Shown here piece by piece: positions 25,581 to 32,604 of a DNA stretch of 57,675 nucleotides. Under the pieces are notes generated by a model. It was given only the letters and a program-made list of their open reading frames with translations, was not told where the DNA came from and did no database searches. How positions within the stretch are numbered: position 1 is the stretch's first letter; the number at the start of each line of letters is the position of its first letter. This stretch comes from an uncultured bacterium (GTDB taxonomy: Bacteria > Omnitrophota > Gorgyraeia > Duberdicusellales > CBEUCJ01): NCBI GenBank assembly GCA_965541615.1, contig CBEUCJ010000006.1, positions 1-57,675 of the forward strand, written 5' to 3'. A program made the position numbers and the translations under genes.

Positions 25581-27320
25581 ATGATTACAAAAATAAAGAA
25601 AAATAAACTGAAAATAGGAAATATTTTATTCATTATTTTTATTTTCTGTCCCTCTCTTTCTTTCTCCCAACAAGACAACCTCTGTATAAAAGGCACCCTT
25701 CAAACTCAAACTCTAACTATAAAAGGTTCAGATACTCTGCCTGCTTCTCCTACAAAAGGTGAAATCTACTACAAAACAGATGAAGATACAATCTACTTTT
25801 ATGATGGCTCACAATGGCAGAAAATAGGAGAAGGTCAAGACAAAACAGTAGCTTCTCAAATAGTAAGAACCCAAAACTCAAGATATGATGCAGACAAAAC
25901 CTGTGATGGAACAGATGATCAACAAGAAATTCAACAGGCAATAAATGATTTGGGAAATGATAAAGGTGCAGTGTATTTATTAGAGGGAGAGTATTTGGTG
26001 AGTAATGCGATACAGTTAGAATACGGAGCTGGTTTTACTTTTACCCCTGATAGAATAGGAGATAGTTATAAGTCTATAATAGGCACAGGAGCTGGGAGTA
26101 TCTTAAAAGTAAATGCAGATGCAGATTTTTGTGTTTTTAAACTTTATTACGGAAGAAAAGGATGCGCTCTTATGAGTAATTTTCAAATCGATGGAAATAA
26201 AGCTTCAGTAACAGGTAAGAACTGTGGAATTAGTCTTGGGGGTTGGTATCAAGTTGGGTTTAAATACTCTATAGTTGATAATGTATGGATAAAAGATCTC
26301 ACCTCTTGGGGGATTACTCTTGTCAATAGGTTAAGTATTTATACTGATAATTATATTTTATCTGGAATTGATTGTAAAGATGCCCTTAGATTTGGCTCGG
26401 GTAGTAAAGGATTGAGTATATTTTCCAACAATTTTATTACCCCTCAGATTCATTTCTATGGATATGGAGGAGGTAGTATGCAGTGTGATATAATTTCTTT
26501 AAATATTTTTCCTTCTGGCAATATTGATCTTTATGGTTATTGTGCATATTGTAGTCGTCACATTCTTTTAGGAAATATTGTACCTGGAGGTAATATTGTA
26601 ACTAGAGGTATTAATCCTCGTTGCAATCATTTAGTTGTGTGTAGCAATCTCCTTAGTGGAGGAGGAGGAGGAATTAATTACTCAGGTGGGAAAAGCATGA
26701 TTTCAAATAATTTAATCAAAGAAAGTAGTTTCCCTGCTATTAACTATAATGGAGCTGAGTTAGTTTTTAGTAACATGATTTCTGAAAGTGCTACAGGCGG
26801 CTTTTGGGCAGACTGCGGAATATACGTAACAGCTCCGTCTCTTATTTCCTCAAATTATATTTATGATTCTGTTTGTAATGGTGGTTATTACTATGGGATT
26901 ATTATCTGGCATCCATTTTTAAAAAATATTTATATTGTAGGTAATTATATTCAAGGAAATTATACACATCCTATTTATGATAGACCTTCTTCCACCTTCT
27001 ACACAGACAAACTCAAACTCACTCTTGAAGGAAAACCCCTTGATATCTCTAATTCAACTTATACTCTGGATATGACCACAAACCCAAGAACTTACTTTCA
27101 ATTAAACCCTCAAGTTGATACTACTCTTTCTCTACAAGATGGAAAATCACCTGGAGACCTACTCATCTTAGAAAATACAAGTTCTTCTTATACTATTACT
27201 ATCTCTGAATCAAGAAATATAGAATTAGAAAAAAACACTTTAACTTTAGGAGAAAATGACACCTTAATGCTCTTATGGGATGGAACAAAATGGATACAAA
27301 CAGCTTATGCTGATAATTGA
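25581..27320 (+). CDS. Secreted beta-helix repeat protein, paralog 4 of 4 (mosaic partner of paralog 3)
   Basis: Signal peptide (...FCPSLSFS/QQDN). Ends match paralog 3 apart from one synonymous base. The core is divergent, with PbH1-like turns and a GGGGGINYSGG stretch. C-terminus ...LMLLWDGTKWIQTAYADN. Confidence 0.75.
   Translation: MITKIKKNKLKIGNILFIIFIFCPSLSFSQQDNLCIKGTLQTQTLTIKGSDTLPASPTKGEIYYKTDEDTIYFYDGSQWQKIGEGQDKTVASQIVRTQNSRYDADKTCDGTDDQQEIQQAINDLGNDKGAVYLLEGEYLVSNAIQLEYGAGFTFTPDRIGDSYKSIIGTGAGSILKVNADADFCVFKLYYGRKGCALMSNFQIDGNKASVTGKNCGISLGGWYQVGFKYSIVDNVWIKDLTSWGITLVNRLSIYTDNYILSGIDCKDALRFGSGSKGLSIFSNNFITPQIHFYGYGGGSMQCDIISLNIFPSGNIDLYGYCAYCSRHILLGNIVPGGNIVTRGINPRCNHLVVCSNLLSGGGGGINYSGGKSMISNNLIKESSFPAINYNGAELVFSNMISESATGGFWADCGIYVTAPSLISSNYIYDSVCNGGYYYGIIIWHPFLKNIYIVGNYIQGNYTHPIYDRPSSTFYTDKLKLTLEGKPLDISNSTYTLDMTTNPRTYFQLNPQVDTTLSLQDGKSPGDLLILENTSSSYTITISESRNIELEKNTLTLGENDTLMLLWDGTKWIQTAYADN
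25641..25994 (+). repeat. Repeat block A, copy 2 (5' end of paralog 4)
   Basis: See copy 1. Identity stops abruptly after GAGGGAGAGTAT. Confidence 0.9.
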
Positions 27321-27327
27321 TTACCAT
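26989..27327 (+). repeat. Repeat block B, copy 2 (3' end of paralog 4)
   Basis: See copy 1. Identity starts at CTTCCACCTTCTACACAGAC. Confidence 0.9.
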
Positions 27328-27379
27328 TGTTTAAAATAAAAATAACTGATAGAATAGGTTAACTAACTAAAAATTTAAA

Positions 27380-27757
27380 ATGCAAGCTGATTTTTTAAAA
27401 GAAAGAGCAGAAAAATTCCTTAAGAACGCAAAAGATTTGTTTAATAAAGAAGAGTATGATTTATCTGCTTTTAATTTAGAACAAGCCTGCCAACTTTTTT
27501 TAAAATACTATATCTTTCTTAAAATAGGTGATTTCCCTAAAACTCATTATTTAAAAAGATTAATAAGAGAAGTAGGTAAAGTCTATGAAAAAGAAGAAGA
27601 TGTAGAAAAATTAATTGAAGAAAATATAAGTGTGGTCTCTAACCTTGAAGACGCTTACATTGGAGCAAGGTATCTACCTTATATTTTTGAGAAAAAACAG
27701 GTAGAAAATATGATGGTATTTGTAGATAAGTTATTAAATTTTCTTAAAAAACTATGA
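27380..27757 (+). CDS. HEPN domain protein (PF05168-like)
   Basis: YDLSAFNLEQACQLFLKYYI..., PKTHYLKRLIREV and EDAYIGARY match the classic small HEPN signature. ATGA overlap with the downstream nucleotidyltransferase gene. Confidence 0.75.
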   Translation: MQADFLKERAEKFLKNAKDLFNKEEYDLSAFNLEQACQLFLKYYIFLKIGDFPKTHYLKRLIREVGKVYEKEEDVEKLIEENISVVSNLEDAYIGARYLPYIFEKKQVENMMVFVDKLLNFLKKL

Positions 27758-28101
27758 AGACTCTTACAGATATCTTATTAGAAGAAGCAAAAGAAAATAA
27801 AAAGTATTTCTGTGATTATTTAAAATATTTAAAAATCGTTAAAGAAGAGGTAAATAAGATTTTAAAAGGAGCCAAAGTATATGTTTTTGGTTCAGTAGTA
27901 AAAGGTAATTTCAATTTTGCAAGTGATATAGATGTGTTGATCGTATGTGAGAATTTAGATCCTTCAAAAAGAACTTTGATTAAAACTCTCATCTATAAAA
28001 AAATAGGTTTCTTTTCTCCTTTTGAAATCCATGTAATCACAAAAGAAGAGTATCTTTGTTGGTATAAAAATTTCATAAAAGAAGATGTAAAAGAGATTTA
28101 A
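27754..28101 (+). CDS. Minimal nucleotidyltransferase (MNT, NTP_transf_2), partner of the HEPN protein
   Basis: VYVFGSVVKGNFNFASDIDVLIV matches the GS-x(n)-SD.D Pol-beta-type nucleotidyltransferase motif. Confidence 0.8.
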   Translation: MKTLTDILLEEAKENKKYFCDYLKYLKIVKEEVNKILKGAKVYVFGSVVKGNFNFASDIDVLIVCENLDPSKRTLIKTLIYKKIGFFSPFEIHVITKEEYLCWYKNFIKEDVKEI

Positions 28102-28138
28102 TACACTAAAATCATTTCTAATTCTCCCAAAAATAATA

Positions 28139-28147
28139 TGGTATAAT
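28139..28147 (+). promoter_or_regulatory. Extended -10 promoter element (TGGTATAAT) upstream of pilC
   Basis: TGnTATAAT at 28139-28147, followed by RBS AAGGAG (28156-28161) and ATG 28167. The same 16-mer ATATGGTATAATTTAA also occurs at 19424-19439. Confidence 0.4.
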
Positions 28148-28166
28148 TTAATGAGAAGGAGAAAAG

Positions 28167-29366
28167 ATGCCAGTATTTGTTTATAAAGCAAAAGATTCTG
28201 AAGGAAAGACCACCAAATCTATAATCGAAGCTCCAAGTTATCAGGAAGCTCTATCAAAGTTAAGAGAAGAATTTTCTGCAGTTTTACTTTTAAAAGAGAC
28301 AAAAAGAAAATTTGCAAAGAGAATAAAGAAAGTAAGTTTAGATAGTTTAGCTCAATTCTCAAGAGAGTTAGCTACAATGGTAGGAGCAGGCACTCCTTTA
28401 GTAAAAAGTTTAACGATATTAGGAAATCAATTTAAAGAAAAGACTTTATCAGAAATTGCCCATGATTTAGCAAAATATATTGAAGCAGGAAACAGTTTTG
28501 CAGATGGGTTAAAAAAATACCCCAAAGTTTTCTCTCCTCTCTATATAAATACTGTAGTAGCTGGTGAAACCAGTGGAACTTTAAAAGATGTCTTAGAAAG
28601 ATTAGCTAATTATTTGGAGAATACATCTATTCTTTTAAGAAAAATAAAGACTGCCATGATCTATCCAACAGCAGTAGTTATCGTAGCAATAATTATTACT
28701 TCTTTTTTAGTCTTTAAAATCATACCTGGATTCAAAGAAATATTTGAGAATTTAGGAGGAGAGTTACCTTTACCTACAAGAATAGTTATAAAAGTAAGTG
28801 ATACTTTTAAGAAATATTTCTTTTTCATTGCAGGATTTTTTATTATAAGTTTTTTAATCTTTATTAGACTTATTAACACTTCTCGGGGCAGATTTTTATT
28901 CGATAAATTTAAATTAAAAATCCCTGTATTAGGTCCTCTTTTTCAAAAAGTGGCCATCTCGCGTTTTAGTAGAACTTTAGGGATACTTTTAAGGAGTGGT
29001 GTGCCTATTTTAGAAGCATTAAAAATTGTAAGTAAAGCTGTGGGAAACAAAGTATTAGAAGAATCTATTTTAAAGACTTTAGAAGAGGTAAGAAGAGGAA
29101 AGACTTTAGCTCCTAATTTAGAGAAAAGTAAAATATTTCCTCCAATGGTAATAGAGATGATAAGTGTAGGTGAAGAGAGTGGAGAGTTAGAGAATATGTT
29201 AGAGAATATAGCTGATAGCTATGATACTCAAGTAGATATAGCCACAAACAATCTGGTCTCTCTTATAGAGCCTTTTATCATCATTTTCTTAGGAGTCGTA
29301 ATTGGAGGAATAGTAGTTAGTATGTTTTTACCTATCTTAAAGATCACTCAACTCTTAGGAAGATGA
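28167..29366 (+). CDS. pilC: PilC/GspF-family inner-membrane platform protein
   Basis: 399 aa with two T2SSF-type repeats (SRELATMVGAGTPLVKSL... and SRTLGILLRSGVPILEAL...) and three TM regions. GspF cannot be excluded. Confidence 0.88.
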   Translation: MPVFVYKAKDSEGKTTKSIIEAPSYQEALSKLREEFSAVLLLKETKRKFAKRIKKVSLDSLAQFSRELATMVGAGTPLVKSLTILGNQFKEKTLSEIAHDLAKYIEAGNSFADGLKKYPKVFSPLYINTVVAGETSGTLKDVLERLANYLENTSILLRKIKTAMIYPTAVVIVAIIITSFLVFKIIPGFKEIFENLGGELPLPTRIVIKVSDTFKKYFFFIAGFFIISFLIFIRLINTSRGRFLFDKFKLKIPVLGPLFQKVAISRFSRTLGILLRSGVPILEALKIVSKAVGNKVLEESILKTLEEVRRGKTLAPNLEKSKIFPPMVIEMISVGEESGELENMLENIADSYDTQVDIATNNLVSLIEPFIIIFLGVVIGGIVVSMFLPILKITQLLGR

Positions 29367-30712
29367 AAATTTTAATAAAAAAAATAAAGAGTTTTACTTT
29401 AATGGAACTGTTAATAGCAAGCACAATTTTGATCTTAATATTAACAGCATTCTTAGGGACTTTTAATTCTCTTTTAAACACAGCTCAGCAAGCTAAATAC
29501 ATCTCTTTAGCATTAAACAGATGTCTGCAAGAAGCTTCAGAAATGCAAAAAAAAGGATTTTTAGAGAGTTTGTTTTCTAATTGTTCTTTAGGAGGAAGTT
29601 TTGATATCTATGATGAAGCAAACAATCTTATTGGAAAAGGAAATTTTACTCTTAAAGATAGATACGACCTTTATAGAGTAGAGAATGCTACTAATACTTC
29701 AGCTTTTCCTACTGGGCGTGAAAGAATTTCTTGTGTAGTCTTTGATAACAAAATATGGGTAATAGGAGGTTTTGATGGGACTTACTTAGATGATGTATGT
29801 TATTCTGAAGATGGAGTAAACTGGAACTGCACTTACTCTTTGCCATCTCCCAGAGCTTCACATACTTCAGTAGTCTTTGATAACAAAATATGGGTAATAG
29901 GAGGTTATGATGGAACAAATTACTTAAAAGAAGTCTGTTACTCTTCAAATGGTGCTAATTGGACATGCAAAGATTCTTTACCATCTGGTAGAATCTTACA
30001 CACATCTGTGGTCTTTAATAACAAAATCTGGGTAATAGGAGGTTATGATGGAACAAATTACTTAGATGATGTATGTTATTCTGAAGACGGAGTAAACTGG
30101 AACTGCACTTACTCTTTGCCATCTCCTAGGGCTTTGCATACATCTGTAGTCTTTGATGATAAAATATGGGTAATAGCTGGTTTTAATGGAACGAGCTACT
30201 CAGATGATGTTATCTATTCTACAGATGGTTCTAGTTGGAATACAGCTACCACTAATGCTACAGGTATTCAGAGAGGTTGCCATGTAAGTGTGGTTTATGA
30301 TGGTAAGATGTGGATTTTAGGAGGAAGAGATAAATATGGCACCCCTTATAATGATGTCTGGCATTCAAAGAATGGTAATTGCTGGATAAAAGCAACAGAT
30401 AATGCAAATTGGTCTAAAAGATATCTTCATGCAGGAACAGTCTTTAAAGATAGAATTTGGATACTGGGTGGTTATGGTAATGGTTATAAAAAAGATGTCT
30501 GGTCTTCTACAGGTTATGGAAGATTATTTGAAGCCAAAATCACAGCTTCTTTTAAATTACCAAACGGAAGGATAATAGGAGAAGATAAAAATCTAAATGG
30601 AATTTTAGATGCAGGTGAAGATTTAAACGGAAATGGAGAATTAGATTCTCCAGTTTTTTTAAGGAGCTTTATTTCAAAGAAAAAAAGAGGCTTATATTTA
30701 GGAGAGCAATAG
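29363..30712 (+). CDS. Pseudopilin-like protein fused to a six-bladed Kelch/Asp-box-like beta-propeller and a C-terminal Asp/Asn-rich (Ca-binding-like) segment
   Basis: N-terminal class III signal KS/FTLMELLIASTILILILTAF. Six ~46-aa blades of the form VVFDNKIWVIGG.DGT...DV.YS.DG.NW. Asp/Asn-rich DKNLNGILDAGEDLNGNGELD at nt 30584-30647. ATGA overlap with pilC. Confidence 0.75.
   Translation: MKILIKKIKSFTLMELLIASTILILILTAFLGTFNSLLNTAQQAKYISLALNRCLQEASEMQKKGFLESLFSNCSLGGSFDIYDEANNLIGKGNFTLKDRYDLYRVENATNTSAFPTGRERISCVVFDNKIWVIGGFDGTYLDDVCYSEDGVNWNCTYSLPSPRASHTSVVFDNKIWVIGGYDGTNYLKEVCYSSNGANWTCKDSLPSGRILHTSVVFNNKIWVIGGYDGTNYLDDVCYSEDGVNWNCTYSLPSPRALHTSVVFDDKIWVIAGFNGTSYSDDVIYSTDGSSWNTATTNATGIQRGCHVSVVYDGKMWILGGRDKYGTPYNDVWHSKNGNCWIKATDNANWSKRYLHAGTVFKDRIWILGGYGNGYKKDVWSSTGYGRLFEAKITASFKLPNGRIIGEDKNLNGILDAGEDLNGNGELDSPVFLRSFISKKKRGLYLGEQ
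29782..29850 (+). repeat. Intragenic DNA repeat in the propeller gene, copy 1
   Basis: 69 bp matching 30058-30126 (offset 276 nt, equal to two blades) with one mismatch (29812 T versus 30088 C). Confidence 0.85.
30058..30126 (+). repeat. Intragenic DNA repeat in the propeller gene, copy 2
   Basis: See copy 1. Confidence 0.85.
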
Positions 30713-30752
30713 TCTTGAATATTTTAGATTAATAGATTATTTTTAAAGTGAG

Positions 30753-31286
30753 ATGAAAAATAGAAAATCTTTTACTTTAATGGAGATGATGGTGGTTCTA
30801 AGTGTGTTTGCAGTAATTTCAGGTATAACTTTTACTGCCTTAAAACTTAATGATACTTATAGAGATACAGTATTAACTCAGCTTGAGTTATACAGAAAAG
30901 CTAAAAAAATCCATGATACCATTACAAAAGAACTTTCTCTTTCTCAAATCAATAGAATAAACATTACAGATTCTAATCCAGATGTCCTTACTTTTCAGAT
31001 ACCTCTTTTAAGTCAAATAGACGATAACTATACTATTCCTTGGGGAGCAGAAGAAAATGAAGGATATTATATAAGATACCAATTAATAGGAGATGAATTA
31101 AAAAGAGAAATCTTAGATTCTACATATTCACTTGTCTCTCAACAGACAGTTACTAAAGGTGTAGCTGACTTACAATTTTCTTCAGATTCAGAGAGCATAA
31201 CCATTAATTTTACACTTTCTAGGACTAATATTGAAGGAAGGGTTATAAATTTTACTTCTCAATTTAAAGTTTACTTAGCAAATTGA
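30753..31286 (+). CDS. Minor pseudopilin (prepilin-type N-terminal cleavage/methylation domain protein)
   Basis: MKNRKS/FTLMEMMVVLSVFAVISG class III signal with Glu at +5. Small beta-rich body, GspJ/PilW-like in size. Confidence 0.75.
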   Translation: MKNRKSFTLMEMMVVLSVFAVISGITFTALKLNDTYRDTVLTQLELYRKAKKIHDTITKELSLSQINRINITDSNPDVLTFQIPLLSQIDDNYTIPWGAEENEGYYIRYQLIGDELKREILDSTYSLVSQQTVTKGVADLQFSSDSESITINFTLSRTNIEGRVINFTSQFKVYLAN

Positions 31287-32038
31287 TTATGAAAGTTAAA
31301 GATAAAAAAGGAATAGTAATGTTAAGTGTACTTTTGGTAGTGACTATGGTTTCAGTTTATTTAACAGGTTATGTTATCTGGACTATTTATGATCAAAGAC
31401 ATTTACTTATAGAAAGGAAAATAGCTCTTGCTAAAAGAATAGCAAGAGCAGGTTTAGAAAGAGCAAAAGCTGAATTGTATTTAGATTCAAATTGGATAGA
31501 TGGAGAAGTAAACGGAAAAAATTTAACCGATAATTTAGGAAATCCTATTACAGGACCAGATCCTAACGATCCTGATGAATGGTATTTTTTATATAAAAAT
31601 GTTTCTTTAGGTGAAGGAAATTACACTGTAATGATAGATTACCTTCAAAAACCACGGAGTTGCACTTCAGGATGTAGTTTTTATAAACGCAGATTACATT
31701 TACGTTCTATAGGTAGAGTAGAAAATTTTGTAAAGACTTTAGAAGAATTTATCTGGGAAGAACCTATTAAAAACTTAAATCAAAATACTTATTATGAAGA
31801 GCTCCAAACAGCTATAAATGAAGCTCAGGATAATAATACCCTTGCTATTACAGATGCAGTCTTAAATGAATTATCTATAAATACAAACTCTACTTTAGCT
31901 CAAAATTTTTCTATAAAAGGCTGTTATGATCCTTCATTCCAAACAAGGAATTGTCAAAATTATCTTTCCTATATAGAAGGGAATGTGACTATTTCAGGTA
32001 ATGTTCAAGTAGAGATCGGAGGAATAACTGTAAGATAG
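31283..32038 (+). CDS. PilX/GspK-like minor pseudopilin candidate
   Basis: N-terminal KKG/IVMLSVLLVVTMVSVYLTGYVIW hydrophobic helix without Glu5, as seen in PilX/GspK-type proteins. TTGA overlap with the upstream pseudopilin gene. The assignment rests on position and N-terminus only. Confidence 0.5.
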   Translation: MIMKVKDKKGIVMLSVLLVVTMVSVYLTGYVIWTIYDQRHLLIERKIALAKRIARAGLERAKAELYLDSNWIDGEVNGKNLTDNLGNPITGPDPNDPDEWYFLYKNVSLGEGNYTVMIDYLQKPRSCTSGCSFYKRRLHLRSIGRVENFVKTLEEFIWEEPIKNLNQNTYYEELQTAINEAQDNNTLAITDAVLNELSINTNSTLAQNFSIKGCYDPSFQTRNCQNYLSYIEGNVTISGNVQVEIGGITVR

Positions 32039-32110
32039 CTTCTCCTTTTTTAAGACCCCAATTTAAAAATATTTAAAATACTTTTTAAAAACAATTTTTA
32101 AATTTTTTTA

Positions 32111-32139
32111 TTGACAAATATTTGAAGTAATTTTATATT
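32111..32139 (+). promoter_or_regulatory. Putative Pmra-type promoter of the dcw cluster
   Basis: TTGACA (32111-32116), a 17-nt spacer, then TATATT (32134-32139), preceded by an AT-rich tract. Confidence 0.5.
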
Positions 32140-32141
32140 AC

Positions 32142-32171
32142 AAAGTGGGATAAAGTGGGATAAAGTGGGAT
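32142..32171 (+). promoter_or_regulatory. Three tandem MraZ-box direct repeats (AAAGTGGGAT x3)
   Basis: Perfect 10-bp period. GTGGG at 32145-49, 32155-59 and 32165-69. The last repeat abuts and overlaps the mraZ ATG (32170). Confidence 0.7.
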
Positions 32172-32604
32172 GTTCTATGGAGAGTATATCCACACTTTAG
32201 ATAATAAAGATAGATTCATTTTACCTTCAAAGTTCAGAAGCATCTTAAAAGAAAAAAAGATTAAAAAATTATATCTAACAAGAGGATTAGATAACTGTCT
32301 GTTTTTATTTCCTGATTTTGAATGGAAAAGAATAGAAGATTCTTTAAAAACACTTCCTTTAACTAAACAGAATGCAAGAATATTTAACAGAATATTTTTT
32401 TCAGGAGCAGTCGAAATAGTTTTAGATTCTGTAGGTAGACTCACTATTCCTCAATATCTAAAAGAATTCGCTCACATAAACAAAGAGATAGTTCTTATAG
32501 GAGTAGCTTTTAGAATAGAAATTTGGGCAAAAGAATTATGGGTAGAATTCTACAAGAAACACAAAGAGCTTTTCGACAAGATCTCAGAGGATTTAATAAT
32601 TTAA
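32170..32604 (+). CDS. mraZ: Transcriptional regulator MraZ
   Basis: MFYGEYIHTLDNKDRFILPSKFR plus a second SpoVT/AbrB-like half (VLDSVGRLTIPQYL). First gene of the dcw cluster. Confidence 0.92.
   Translation: MFYGEYIHTLDNKDRFILPSKFRSILKEKKIKKLYLTRGLDNCLFLFPDFEWKRIEDSLKTLPLTKQNARIFNRIFFSGAVEIVLDSVGRLTIPQYLKEFAHINKEIVLIGVAFRIEIWAKELWVEFYKKHKELFDKISEDLII

Noticed and set aside
24202-26988. A diversity-generating retroelement or an invertible-promoter mechanism behind the paralog 3/4 core divergence.
   Set aside because: No reverse transcriptase, template repeat, recombinase or invertase gene, or flanking inverted repeats are visible in the window. The cores differ by far more than adenine-targeted substitutions.
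32142-32171. The AAAGTGGGAT x3 repeats as a micro-CRISPR array or a simple microsatellite.
   Set aside because: There are only three units with no spacers, located exactly between the dcw promoter and mraZ. This fits the known MraZ operator architecture.
32523-32603. The upstream TTG start (32523) for rsmH, as listed in the ORF track.
   Set aside because: It would overlap mraZ by 82 nt and add a non-conserved 27-aa extension. ATG 32604 gives the canonical RsmH N-terminus and a TAATG junction.
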